A DNA stretch of 64,000 nt from Eledone cirrhosa (taxonomy: Eukaryota). The translations under genes and the position numbers were made by a program. Positions 27,493 through 41,400 of the stretch are shown in pieces (the first letter of the stretch is position 1; each line of letters opens with the position of its first letter). The notes below the pieces were generated by a model, which saw only the letters and a program-made list of their open reading frames with translations, was not told the DNA's origin and did no database searches. Location: the NCBI GenBank assembly GCA_964016885.1, contig OZ024743.1:159278001-159342000 (forward strand), given 5' to 3'.

Positions 27493-28418
27493 TTACGGGG
27501 GGTCGGTTGAACAGTTCATGGGCTGACTATAAAGGAGAGATACTAGAGCTGTGAAATCTTGGAGACATTAATTTCAAATCTTCTTATTAATAACAGCATT
27601 GTTTCTCTCCAGGTAAACTGATAACTTACTTTTCAAAGAAGTCAACTGTTACTAGTAGTGACTTCTTTTGAAAATGGACAAAATCATGGTGTTATGAAGT
27701 ACCTGCATTAAAAATGTTTAGCCCCAAATGAAATTCATGCTGACATGGTTTCTACATTAGGGGATGGTGCACCAGATTTATCAATAGTGCAAAATTGGGC
27801 AACTGAATTTTGGAGAAGAGAGAGTCCTGAATTTAGCCCAAGTTCTGGACGTCCAGCAATTGTCAGGAAAACTAATCTTGTTCATCACATGGTGATGGAT
27901 GACAGGCGATGGACTATAAATCAAGTAACGAATGCTGTTAGCAAATCCTGTGAGAGAGGTGAAGATATTCTGCACAATGGACTTGGCATGACGAAGGTTT
28001 CTGCTCTGTGTTTGCCACGTCTTCTAACACCGGATCAAAAGCACACCTGGCAGATCACATCACGAGAAAATCTTACAGAGTCAGAGACAAAGAAAAAAAT
28101 TCATTCAATGAAGACACTCCTCCAAAGAAGATGAAGGTCGTTTACTCGTAGGGAAGGGAATGGCGATCATGTTGGGAGATGCAAAAGGCACGTGTTCATT
28201 GACTATCTTCAAAAGAGCCACACTATTAATGGAGATTACTGTCCAAGTTTCCGGTCAAAAGCACATTAAAACAATGCTCAAGTCTACAAGTCCTTGGTTT
28301 CAAAGGCTGATGTGGGTGCCTGTAGATTTGAACTGGTTGTTCAACCTGGCTGCCCCCCTGCTCAGGCGCCATGTGACTATCATGTGGTCCCCAACATGAA
28401 AAGACATTTGACTGAGAT
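27493..28418 (+). mobile_element. mariner transposon relic, 3' truncated
   Basis: TA plus TIR-like CGGGGGGTCGGTTGAACAGTTCATGGGC. ORF 27745-28134 has HTH-region motifs (LGDGAP...VQNWATEF, SGRP, DRRWT, LPRLLTPDQK). Downstream APCDYHVVPNMK is a degenerate YSPDLAPSDYHLF motif. Confidence 0.85.
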
Positions 28419-28771
28419 ATATCACACATGTCCACACGCACACGCACCCCCCACCCCCATATATATATATATATATATATATAACAGAACAAATACGAAT
28501 AAATAAGGAAAATATGTTTATTCAAAAATATAGACCAGCATTATATATAGTTTAATATACATTATGTCAACACCATAACATGCTAACCATCCAAACAGAC
28601 ACATACATACACACACACATAACACCTTCTATTTTCGAAAATAAAGACCAGAGCTAAATAAACCTTAACATACGTTAATACTCTAACACCTTAACATGCC
28701 AACCACACTCCCCACACACACATAACTTCCTCCCCCATTTCTACTAACGGAATCCTTTTCCTACACAAACT

Positions 28772-28804
<33 letters not shown>

Positions 28805-29796
28805 ACACACACACAATATATATATATATATATTCTCTCCATCTTAACATGCTAACGATACTCCCACACGCACATACACACACAACTCCCTCCCCCATTT
28901 CTACTAATAGAATCATCTTCCTACACACATACACACACAAACACACCCCAGCACACAAATAAACATACATAACTCTACTTTCTTTATTTCAATAGAAAGT
29001 CTGAATTTTGACACCGCAGCACACCAGCCATATTCACTGAACTAGAACAATGCTCCCCATCCCGTTTTTCTTGACCATTATCTTTTGCTTGGCAAAACAT
29101 TCTCTAAAATGCTACAAAAAAATTCAAAAATACGGCCGCGAAATTTAATATATTTGTTCACGTGACAGTCATAATTTCATTTATAACCAATCAAAATTAC
29201 ATTTAAAAAAAAAGCCTTCGTGAGCCACTTTCCTTAAGTAAAAAGAAATTCAAACACAAACTGGCTCGAAAGCTGATGTGCTTATTCACGTGACTGCATC
29301 AACCAACCCCTTTATTTTTGAAGAACCTTGTAACGCAGACTGGCGCGAAATTTATTATACTTATTCACATGACAGTCATCAACCAACCAAATTACTTCTC
29401 TAAAAACCTAGCATTTCGAGCCACTTTTTTCCATATAAAACACCAGCCAGATGTAAGAAAATCCACAAACCCTCCATCTCAATTCTACTTTTGAAAAGCA
29501 CAAGAACTGCGAAACCGGTAAAGGAACCAAATAAATATATTTAAAAAAAAAGACTCCAGTTGCATTTTCGATTTCATCTTTTTTCCTTAGACTTTCACTC
29601 GTGTAGGAAACCTCGTTTTTTTTCATTTTGTAAAAAAAACCTCACTTTCTAATATATATACATATATATATATATTGTGGGGGGGGGGGATGCGTGTGTG
29701 TGTGGACATGTGTGATATATCCCAGTCAAATTTATATATATATATATATATATAATAATAATAAAATGTGGAGAGGAAGCACACGAGTTAGGAGAT

Positions 29797-30125
29797 ATAT
29801 ATATGAAAACAGGGAGAAAGAGACGATTATGAGGAAGAAAATATTTTTTTTTCCTTTTTTGTTTCCCTCTCTCTTTTTCTGGGTTAGAAAATGATTAAAA
29901 CAAAATGTTTTACTTTGTGTGAAGTGTTAAGGTATTAGTTGATTTATTTATTATTTATTTATTATTTATTTATTATTTATTTATTATTTATTTATTATTT
30001 ATTTATTTATTATTTAACAATGGCATTTCGTTTTAATCATTTTCTAACCCAGAAAAAAGAGAGAGAGAAACAAAAAAGGAAAAAAAAAAATTGTTTCTTC
30101 CTCATAATCGTCTCTTTCTCCCTGT

Positions 30126-30137
<12 letters not shown>
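29797..30137. mobile_element. Head-to-head inverted PLE 3' ends (family of 2600-2750)
   Basis: Arms are 29797-29907 and 30024-30137. The spacer is the reverse complement of 2605-2668. Confidence 0.85.
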
Positions 30138-30198
<61 letters not shown>

Positions 30199-31103
30199 CA
30201 TATATGCATTTGTACATACACCATGCTGCGGTGTTTACTTGAGCTGAAAGGTGATAATGCTAAATTCCAAATTATCCTAAAACACAACACAGTGCACTAC
30301 TAATTATATATACTAACAGAATAAGCACTTTATAGTTCTATACATTATTGAAGATTAGTTCTGCGCGATATAGGATACACTATATATAAGAATAAAGTAG
30401 TAATCATTATGTCGTCACAGAATGAGAAACCTTACACTGAGGAAAGTTTGTAAAACAAGAACTAGTTAGGTCGATACACCATCTGTCCAGGGAAGGATAG
30501 ATTCATGTGGCGTTTATGTATATATTTAAACACATATATATTAATATATTAACAGTGCGCCATACACCGTTTCTGCTCGATGAATTGAAATGTAAATTAT
30601 AATACCCCCCCCCCCCCCCCATACACACACACAAACACCTACACATACAGTTATATATATATGAATGCGTGTTCATAAAACTTTTAGTGTAGAATATTTT
30701 GGCAGCCAGACATTTCTTATCTCTCTTCGATTTATTTAAGTTGGGAAGTTTCAGAATTTGGCTACACGGGAGAAAAGCTGATAAAATGTATCAAAATATT
30801 TCAAGCTAAGTATTAATATTGGACTTTTGCCAAATGCCTTTGGATTACATGATATTTATATTTTTTAGACGAAATCATTACATACTAATGCAGATATTTC
30901 AGCCTATATTTTAAAAGAATATTAAGAAGATATCATTTCCAGATATCATTAATTTCTGCATATAAACCACACCAAACAAAATAAGATGGGCATCAGCTCA
31001 CGTGTCGCTTGATACCCATCTGTTTCTGTTCTGTGTGCTTATACGCACCGGTATTATTAGACTCTTTATTTAGTCAAATGTATGGCGAAATATAATTCAA
31101 TAT

Positions 31104-31284
31104 ATACTAGATTCGGCTGAAAATTCCATAGGCCGACCAAGATATTCTCATTGAGTGACAAAACAAGCTATGTTTTTCAAAATAGTCTGAGGAAAGAAAC
31201 AATGCAGTTATTAATAAGAATAGTTGAAATTAATGCCTGCAAAATTTCACAGCCAGCCTATGAACATTTCAGCCCACCCTCTAT
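31104..31284 (-). mobile_element. mariner-derived MITE
   Basis: Imperfect TIRs GGCTGAAAATTCCATAGGC / GCCTATGAACATTTCAGCC with TA flanks. 31190-31253 is the reverse complement of 27548-27610 in the mariner 5' region. Confidence 0.75.
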
Positions 31285-32439
31285 ATATATATAGTTCCTT
31301 ATACTCGGATGAAGGGAATTTTAAGTCCTGAAATATTAAGACAATAGAAACAACATCAACAAAAACAAAGATTATAGTTAACTAAATTTATCGTCCACTT
31401 TGTATTGCTTAGCCTTCTATTACTTTCCATATTATATAATGAATTATATATAATGCTTCAAGCAAACGACAACAATTTATTATATATATATGTGTGTGTG
31501 TGTAAGTATGGGTTATATTGAATAACATATTAATATTCAATTCGTTTGCAAGCAAACGGCCTTATTAAGTTGCTTTGTTTCTCGGTCATTACCTTTCGCC
31601 AGGATTATATACCTCGCTGCCACAAACGGTTAGTGATAGCCATCAAAACAGCATAATTTGTCAAAGAAGGATCGCCCCACATTTGAAACCAGCGTCATCG
31701 ATGCCAGTAACAGCAGCAGTGGCAGCAATGCCGTCGGGATCAACAGTAGCAGCAATATTACTAGCATCAGCACCAAAAGTGACATCGCAAGCACCAGTAG
31801 CAACAGCAGCAGCAACAGTGATAGAAATCTCCGTAGTAGCACCAGCGAAAACCATAGCAGCAACAGTGAAGTCAGCAGCAACAGCAGCAACACAGGCATC
31901 AACAATAACAATAACAGGAAAACATCTTTCGCCATGACCGTGGCGTAAAGAAATATATATCAATAAAAAAAAACGAAATTAGCAGAAGCTAGTAAATTTA
32001 TCGACTTTAGGAAAAATACAGCACACACAAATGTGTCCCCAGAGGTATTGACAGACACCAAAAGATAAACCATTACTTATAGATGTGTGAGCATCAAATC
32101 CAGAAAAACAGAGTTAGCCCCACGATTTGGTGTGGAGGCAGCTTTAAATGACTTGATGCCACGTAACGACTAGATTTTCTTAATGCGGCAAAATGATTAA
32201 GGAATTCTAGGTTGTATTTACATTAGGTTAGTGGATCAGGATAGTATAGGGTGTCCACAATTACCTACGCACGCCTATTCAGACCACAAGTTTGTGATCT
32301 GCATGGTCGACCTAGATAGAACACGTAGACAGGGAGCCGGTTACAGGAAGCTCCATGCGCCGTTCCCGAGGCGTAAAGCCTACAGCGATCGGATTATATA
32401 TTTTCACTAGCTCTGACAATTGGCAGATAAACAGTATAC

Positions 32440-32482
32440 GGTACTGCTGAAGGGCAATCATCCAGAAACATTAGTGTCTGCC
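32440..32482 (+). ncRNA. Minimal type I hammerhead with core mutation
   Basis: GGTA-CTGCTGA-aGGG caatca TCCa-GAAACA-TTAG-TGTC-TGCC. The A6 to C change is probably inactivating. Confidence 0.6.
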
Positions 32483-32873
32483 ATTCTGTTTATATGCCAA
32501 TACAAGAGCAAGAATGAGGAGCTCATTCTACCGACATGGATTTAAAGAGGCTGTTTGCATATTTGCAAGCAAATCGAATATTATTATTAATATTCGAAAA
32601 ACTCAGATTACATTTATTGTATTCAGCCAGGTAGAGCGATAAAACTATTTTTAGTTATTTGAATATGTAAAGCCGGCCAATAATCGCTAGAATACATGAA
32701 ACTGACTGGCCTATCTACTGATATGCAAATCTGGTTGATCAGTGGGTCTGCTAATATGCAGATCTGTCTGATCCGCCAGTCTGCTAGTATAGAGATCAGG
32801 CCGATCAGTCACTGTATATTTTAGAAAATATATTTTTTCACTAGCTCTGACAGTTGGCAGGTAAACAGTATAC

Positions 32874-32916
32874 GGTACTGATGAAGGGTAATAACACAGA
32901 AACATTAGTGTCTACT
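32874..32916 (+). ncRNA. Minimal type I hammerhead
   Basis: GGTA-CTGATGA-aGGGT aata ACACa-GAAACA-TTAG-TGTC-TACT. Intact core with a GUC site and one mismatch in stem II. Confidence 0.65.
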
Positions 32917-33369
32917 CACATGGCTTTAAAGAGGCCGTTTGCATAATTGCAAACAAATTGAATATTATTATTAATATTCGAAAAACTCAGATTACATTTA
33001 TTGAATATATATTTATATATTTATATACATTTATTGAATATATATTTACACAAAAGCCACAAGAACACTATAACATTACAAAATAGAACATAACATTGGA
33101 GAAGCAATTCCAATAAGCTACAATGCTACCCTCCCACTACCATGCCCAACATCACTCCCCCCGCTACCACTACCAACACCACTATTACCACAGCTGCAAC
33201 CATAACAACAGTGGCCATAACTTTACTGCTGTTATAATGGTAATAATGATTTATTATGCCAACCTTAGCACCACCCAAGGCGCCGGGCAGCATCCCATGG
33301 ACTTCCAAATCCATGTGTAACTCAAGCATGTATTGCGGAAAGAGCCCAATAAAAATTAATACAGGAATG

Positions 33370-36250
33370 ATGGAGACCCACTTCAAAAACTCCCAAATAC
33401 AATCCAAAATAAAAACAAACAAACAAATAATGAATGGTAAGTCTGTAACAAAAGAAATCATAGAAGAATTAGAACCTGATCTTTCTGAGTTAAATGAAAT
33501 CGTTTATGCATCTGTTTGAGTAATTGAAACAAGTTGTTTGCCACCAAATAACAAAGAATGTCTAACTTGAGAAGTAAAACAATTTGGAAGAGTAGAATTG
33601 AAAAGGAGATTGGCCTAATGAGAAGGGAAATACCTTTACTGAATGAGCTAATCATTGGAAATGATGTAAGATCCAGGAAGGGAAGAAAGCTAAACAGAAT
33701 ATATGGACTGTTAGAGAAGTACTAATATCAACAAAGGAAACTCTGAAACAAAAGGTCCAAGTAAAAGCCCAATGAATGCGAAACAACTTCTACAGGGAAA
33801 ATAATTTGTTTTCATCTAATGCCAAGTCATTTTATAGAGAAATAGGAAAGGAGAAAATAACTATTAAAGATAACTATTAAAAATAACCATTACAGATAAC
33901 TATTAAAAATAACTATTAAAGTCCATAGAAGAAGTTGAAAACTTTTGGAGAAAGATTTAGGGTGATGAGAAGTCACATAATGCTAATGTAGATTGAATTA
34001 GTCACTTGGAAAAATCCTACGCCAATTTACAAGAACAGGTATGGGAAACATCCCTACAGCAGACTTAAGGATAGCACTCAATAAAGCTGATAAGTGGAAA
34101 TCTCCTGATAGAGACGGTGCCAAATTTCTGGCTTTCCTCACTCCCGTGCACTCACAATATATTAGTCAAGCTGTTCAACGGAATTAAGAAAGATCCAAAA
34201 AATACACCTGACTCGATAGCAAGTGGCATTACCTTCTCTCAAAGAACAATGAAACTAAGGATAAAAAAAAACAATCGGACCATAACCTGTTTGTCCACCA
34301 CTTATAAACTATTAACCTCTCACGGAGAAAGCATACGTGTTTTTGGAGGAGAACATTATTTTCCCCATTGAACAAATATGGTTATAAAGATCAGCTCTTG
34401 ATTAATCGTATGATCCTTGAGAACTGTCATAAACACAGAATTCTCAATTCTGCATGGAATGCTTACGAAAAAGCTTTTGACAGCAAACCGCACTCAAGGA
34501 TTTTGAAATAACTGGACATCTTCAATATCTCACCTGTCATTTTAAACTTCCTGAAACACAATATGTCATTGTGGACCACACACATCTCCAATTATTTCAT
34601 TCCAATGGAGTACTAATTTCTAAGAATATAAGCATCAACTGTGGTTTTTTCCAAAGTGGCTCACATTCACCTTTACTTTTTTGCATAGCTTTAATACATC
34701 CGAACTTAATAGAACAGGGTATGGTTGAAAAATTGACAACAAGAAAATAAGCCACCTATTTTACATGGATGATTTAAAGCTATATTGAAAAGAAAATGCC
34801 GTGCTGGAAGGCCTTTTGCGGACAGTAAAAATATTTAATGATGACATGAGGATGGAGTTTGGATTTGATAAGTGTGCCAAAGCCACTTTCAAGAAGGGGA
34901 AGCTTGTCAACTCAAACTCAGTTGAATTAGAGGCTGAAACAGTCATAAAAGAACTTGAGCAGGAACAAACCTATAAATACTTAGGGATTAATGTGGGTTC
35001 TGGCATTCAGTATGCAAGTATGAAAGAGAAGATAAGGATGGAATGTTACAGGAAAGTACGAGCAGTTCTGAGATCAGAACTAAATGCTCATAACAATGTG
35101 GAAGTTCCAGGCGTTACTTATAGCTTCGGTGTGTTGAACTGGAATATGAGTGAAATTAAAAGAATCGACACCAACATCTGTAAGTTACTTACTTGTAATA
35201 GGATGCACCAGCCGAAAGCAGATGTGGATTGTCTTTACCTTCCTAGAACCCAAGGAGGCCGTGGCCTGATCCAATTTTATCTTACCTATAAGACCACCAC
35301 TATTGGACTGGCCTTGAAACAACAAACGACGGTATGCTGAAACTTGTTGAAAAACATGAAAGAAGTAAGAAGCTTCATTCTATCTTGAAGGAGAGGAAGA
35401 TATATGCGACTGATCACATGCTGGATCCCCGGTTTGGACAGACTAGGGAAACTGTTGCAACTGATGTTGCTAAGTACATAAAATTAATGGCAAATTAAAA
35501 GGGCAAGAACAATTGGCTTAAAAGTGGGAGCTGAAACCTCTGCATGGCAAATATGTGTCCCGTAGCAAACAAGCTGATGTTGACCAAATTCACACCCATC
35601 AGTGGCTACGTAGCTTAGGGATAAAAGCAGAGAGCGAAGGTTTCATTTTAGCCGCCCAAGATCAAAGCTTACTGACATCAGGCAAATGTGATGGGAAATG
35701 GAATAAACCAAAGTGCTGTTTCTGCAATATTGAGCTTGAAACAGTGGACCACCTAGTAGAGTAGAAATATAGACTTGACAGAGATGGTCAATATCTACAC
35801 TGGATAATAATTCTGCATTATAAGATCAAAGCTGCTGACAAGTGGTACAATCATCACCCTGATGCTGTAACTGAAGGAGAAAAAGTAACAATTCTTTGGG
35901 ACTTTCCTGTACACACTGACCAGACCATAAAAGCTAATAGACCAGATATTGTAAAATACCAACATATCAAGGTCTGTTTATTGATTGATATTACTATCCC
36001 ACGTGATCACAATATCGCGACAAAAGAATTTGACAAACTAAGAAAATATAAAGATCTGCTTATTGAAATCGAAAAAATGTGGCTCCTCAAGGCCATTACA
36101 ATACCAGTGATTGTGGGACCACTAGGAATGATCAAGAAAGGAACAGAACAGTAATTGCGAATGATCCCTGTTTACCATCTCTGCAAGAAGTGCAAACAAT
36201 TGTTTTGACTGGTACTGCACACGTATTGAGAAGAGAACTATCTCTGTAAG
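33370..36250 (+). mobile_element. Old R4/Dong-clade non-LTR retrotransposon (RT + restriction-like endonuclease), heavily disrupted
   Basis: Fragments WKSPD, FYMDDLKL, GFDKCA, YKYLG, ILAAQDQSL, CCFC..ETVDHL, LWDF, ANRPD and KYKDL. Confidence 0.9.
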
Positions 36251-36378
36251 AATGATATCCCTCCTTGTAAGTATGTAAGTGTGTGTGTGTGTATGTCCGT
36301 GTGTGTGTGTCTGTGCGTGTGCGTGTGCGTGGATATCTTTTATTTGTATGTATATGCATAAGTATGAATGTGTAAATA

Positions 36379-36421
<43 letters not shown>

Positions 36422-36580
36422 GCATATATATATGCATATATATATGTATGTATGTATATTTATGTATATGTGGTCATGTATATATTTGTGTGTGTCTATA
36501 TATATATATATATACACATGTGCCTGTGTATGTGTATGTATACATTCAAAACACTTCATTGTGCGTCCATTTCTATATAT

Positions 36581-36684
<104 letters not shown>

Positions 36685-37015
36685 ATATATGTATGTATAT
36701 ATATATATTCTTTAAGCTGTATATTATAATCAATTTGGTGTGTTAACTGGCTTACCATGCTGGTGCTCTGCTGTGGTCTAGTCGACAATATCGACCGAAA
36801 TACTTATATTTTCAGCTTTTGTTATTGTATCAAAACTTTTTCTGAGGAAACGGTATATTATAGACATAAACACACACACACATACAGACAAACACATAAT
36901 ATACACACATTATATTATATCTGTAATGTACTACACGCTATATTTGCACTAGGTGTCTGGAAGACACTCGGCATATATCAGAAATAATACTGAAGGAAAA
37001 GGAAAAACAAAATTG

Positions 37016-37066
<51 letters not shown>

Positions 37067-37068
<2 letters not shown>

Positions 37069-37229
37069 TGGCCCCTTCACGCTTTTTGGAACGCTTCAAA
37101 AGGCATGCTTGCTGGGAACAGCAAGAACCCTCCGATACGTCCTGAATAGCTGAGGCTGCAGGTAGTGGCTTGATATTCATTTCAACAAACTTTCCAATTA
37201 ACTAACATCAATGACTGAGACTCAAAGAG
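37067..37229 (+). mobile_element. 5'-truncated Dong family A 3' end in (TAA)n
   Basis: Matches 41932-42093 and is flanked by TAA runs. Confidence 0.92.
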
Positions 37230-37269
37230 TAATAACAACAATAATAATAATAATAGTAATAACAACAAC

Positions 37270-37300
<31 letters not shown>

Positions 37301-37436
37301 GTAATAATAATAATAATAATAATGGATTTGGTAATAATAGTAATACATTTGGTAATAATAGTAATAATAAATTTGGTAATAATAGTAATAATAATAATAG
37401 TAATAATAATAGTAATAATAATAATAATAATAATAA

Positions 37437-37691
37437 TGGATTTGGAACTGCCATGAAGTCAAAGTGATCCCGATTGTCATAGGCGCACTGGGGACTATCT
37501 CCAAAAGTTTCCAGGGATGGTTAAAGAAAATCGGCCCCTTCACGCTTTTTGGAACGCTTCAAAAGGCATGCTTGCTTGGAACAGCAAGAACCCTCCGATA
37601 CGTCCTGAATATCTGAGGCTGCAGGTAGTGGCTTGATATTCAATCCAACGGACTTTCCAGTTAACCAACATCAATGACTGAGATTCAAGGA
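37437..37691 (+). mobile_element. 5'-truncated Dong family A 3' end in (TAA)n
   Basis: Nearly identical to 43366-43619. Confidence 0.92.
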
Positions 37692-37814
37692 ATAACAACA
37701 ATAATAATAATAATAATAATAATTATTATTATTATTATTTCACCACCAATACCACCACCACTACCACGATGAAAACTCTGGTCAAATCGACTCAAATTTA
37801 TACCCCAACTACAA

Positions 37815-38240
37815 CACCATCACTATAGTAATACGACCACATCACCACCACCACTGCCTCAGTATCGCAACCGCCACTATTCTCTCCCACTACCTCCTGC
37901 TAGTTGCTGCTAGCACAGCACCACCACCACATTGTAGAATTCCTACTAAAAGAGGACACCATCACTACAGTAATACGACCACATCACCACCACCACTGCC
38001 TCAGTATCGCAACCGCCACTATTCTCTCCCACTACCTCCTGCTAGTTGCTGCTAGCACAGCACCACCACCACATTGTAGAATTCCTACTAAAAGAGGACA
38101 CCATCACTACAGTAATACGACCACATCACCACCACCACTGCCTCAGTATCGCTACCGCCGCTATTCTCTCCCACTACCTCCTGCTAGTTGCTGCTAGCAC
38201 AGCACCGCCACCACATTGTAGAATTCCTACTAAAAAAGAG
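37815..38240. repeat. 142-bp tandem repeat, 3 units
   Basis: Units start at 37815, 37957 and 38099 and are CAC-rich. The shadow ORFs at 37904, 38046 and 38188 are spaced exactly 142 bp apart. Confidence 0.95.
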
Positions 38241-38489
38241 GAAGGCATCAAAATATATAAATAGACTAGAAAAAAAAAAAAAATTCAAAATCAAAGCAGC
38301 ACAGCAACAACAACAAAAAAAAACAAAAAAAAACGTAAAGAAAATAAGAATGAAGAGAGAAACAAACGGACGGACAGAGAAAGGAAGGGAGAAACTAAGT
38401 CAGACATTCGAACACTACATTACAATGAAACTTATGCTTATTCATTTTTGGGTTTTTTTCTGCCTGTTTGTTTGTTTGTTTATTTGTGT

Positions 38490-41400
38490 TCGTCTACAGC
38501 GTGATAATGCCACACAAGAGCCACGTGGAGTGACGCAACCACCGGAGGTAGTGAATCCACCGGTGGTTATGTAACCATACATTCGCCAATCCTCAATAAG
38601 AGTGTTTAAATGTCGAACCTAAACAGTTCGAATAACGGTGAAATGGAGACTAGGACGTCATGTGACAGAATCTCACCCAACAGGTGCTCCCTGGCTCAGC
38701 AGCAGAGACCTGGCTGTCAACCAATTACTGCTGGTGTCGGAGGAAGAAGAAGAAGGAAAGGGACCAGAACCAACTGGACGAAAGAATTGAATAGAACTGT
38801 TATGCAATGTTACCTGAAAAGTAACCCCAAGGAGAGGGGCTATAGGAAACGGATGCATAACATCTGGAACGAGATTGGTCTATTTAAATTAGATGAACAA
38901 AAATTGGCCGGGCAGGCTCGGGTAATAAGAACTAATGGGTGGATAAGCGAGCTGGAACTGGAGGAACTGAGCAGAGAGATTAGCTTGGAGATGGAGAGTG
39001 GAGTATGCCACGCAAACGAGCCAGTGGGAAATGAAGGTGAAGAGGTCGAGAGAACGGAGGAACCACCCGAAGCAGACAATGATCTGAATACTGAGATAAA
39101 TAATACCTGGAACATAGATACGGCCACTGAGGAGATGAATGCTAACGGGCTAGGACAAGATTTGGTTTATATCCTAAATTTAGTGGTAGATGAATTGAAC
39201 AATGATAGTGGGAGACCTATGAACCTAAGATTTGTAGACAGGAAAAAGTTAAAAGAAAAAACAGCTAAGGTAAACAAAGTCATCCCATACATTGAGTCGA
39301 GGAGCCTTTACCCGTGCAACAATATCCTCACAGCAACAGCAAATACGGCGAGGAAACTACTTGGTATAAAAGCGGGAGGAAACAACAGACAACAAAGAGC
39401 AGAGCCTCGGTGGAAGAAACGACTGAGTGGTCAAATCAGGGAAATGAGAAATGACATTGGAAAGCTTGAGTCCCTACTGAATGGGACACTAAAATACATA
39501 GACACTAAAAATAGACTGGAAATAAAGTACAAAACTAGGAGGAAAAAGCTAAATATTATCATAGAGGAACTGAAGCAACGCATTGTAGCAAAGAGTGTAA
39601 AAATCAGGCGATACGAGAACAGAGTCAGTCAGTATAAACAGAACCGCATGTTCGACAACAACCAGAAGATGCTGTTTGGACAGCTTGAAGCGAAAGAAAG
39701 AGGCAACGACTTGATCCCTGAGGCGGAACAAACTAAATCATTCTGGAGAGGAATATGGGAGCAGGATGTTAGACATAATGACCAGGCAGTGTGGATTGAG
39801 ACAGTACAGAAGGAGATCAGTGAACAGGCACACCAACAAACTGATTTGACTATCACAGTTGAAACTCTTAAGGGGTAGGCCAAAAAACTAACCAACTGGA
39901 AATCACCAGGCCCAGATGGTGTGCAGGGGTATTGGATTAAAAATGTAACATCCCCCCACCCGAAACTGACAACCATGTTCAATGACTGCTTGATGTCAGG
40001 TGAGGTACCAGAGTGGTTGACAAAAGGTACCACAGTGCTGATAATGAAAGACCGAATCAAGGGTAATGATGTTACCAACTATAGACCTATCACATATCTG
40101 TCCGTAATGTGGAAACTGTTGACGAGCATTATGTCTGAGGAAATCTACCATCACCTCCACACAAACAACTTAGTTACCGGACGAACAGAAAGGATGCCGA
40201 AAGAAGTCACGTGGTACAAAGGACCAGTTACTTATTGATAAGATGGTAATGAGGAATTGCAAGAGGAGACACACTGATCTTGCCATGGGATGGATAGACT
40301 ACAGAAAGGCATTTGACATGGTGCCTCATTCTTGGATCACCAAAAGCCTGGAGATCTTCAAGGTGGCAGATAACATCAGACAGTTGTTGGGCAAAAGTAT
40401 GAGGTCCTGGGAAACAGAGTTGACATCAACTGGAGCATCCTTGGGAAGCGTGAAGATCAAGAGAGGTATCTTCCAGGGAGATAGCCTGTCCCCTCTGTTG
40501 TTTGTCCTTGCCCTGATGCCCCCTGACCAGTATACTGCGAAAAGTGAGAGCAGGATACAGGTTGGGAAAGGGAGGGCTTACCATCAGTCACCTCCTCTTC
40601 ATGGACGAGCTTAAGCTCCTCGGGAAGAGTGAGAAGGAGTTGGATGTGCTTGTTGACACTGTCCGTATTTTCAGCAGTGATATATGTATGCAATTTGGTA
40701 TTAGTAAGTGTGGAGTCATTGTGATGAGGAGGGGTAGGTTGAGCAGAAGTAACGGAATCCAGATACCAACAGGTGAGATGATAAAGGAAATTGACTCTGA
40801 GGAAGGATACAAGTATTTGGGCGTTCTGGAGGCTGAAGGCATAAAGAACAAAAAAATGAAGAAATTGTTAAGAACTGAATACATTAGGAGAGTACTGAAC
40901 AGCAGAAATGCCACAAGCGCAGTAAATTCCCGAGCTGTGTCTATTATTAAGTACAGTGCGGGAATTCTTAGATGGAATGTTGCTGAACAAAAAGAAATGG
41001 ATAGGAAGACTAGGAAGCTATTGACTATCTACAACATGTTCCACAAGAGGAGTGATGTCGATAGACTCTACTTAAGGAGATCTGAGGGTGGAAGATGTCT
41101 TATCAGCATAGAGGACTGTGTTCAGATGGAGAAAAACAACCTACACAAATACGTGACTGATAGTAAGGAGCCAATGCTCAGAACTGTACTGAAGGAGGGG
41201 ACAATAAGCAAGGGATGTCCAAGGAGGAAATAACATCAAGGAGAAAGAGAAGCCTTCAGGAAAAATCCCTTCATAGCACCTTCTTTGAGAAAGCTGAATT
41301 TAGAGATCCACGGACATGGAACTGGTTGAAAAGAGGAAACTTTAAAAAGGCTACAGAAGGAATGTTAATGGCTGCGCAGGAGCAGGCCCTCAAAATGAAG

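Larger units (their letters stand above)
32395..33005 (+). mobile_element. Tandem direct repeats 434 bp apart, each with a hammerhead (retrozyme/pLTR-like)
   Basis: 32395-32620 matches 32829-33003. Three 33-bp subrepeats lie at 32714-32812. Confidence 0.7.

Noticed and set aside
31575-31963. Four overlapping Ser/Ala/Leu-rich ORFs
   Set aside because: Degenerate (CAG/CAA)n low-complexity tract with no domain or splice support.
37815-38240. Possible CRISPR-like array or His-rich protein
   Set aside because: Contiguous 142-bp units with no spacers, a unit length that is not a multiple of 3, and a eukaryotic context.
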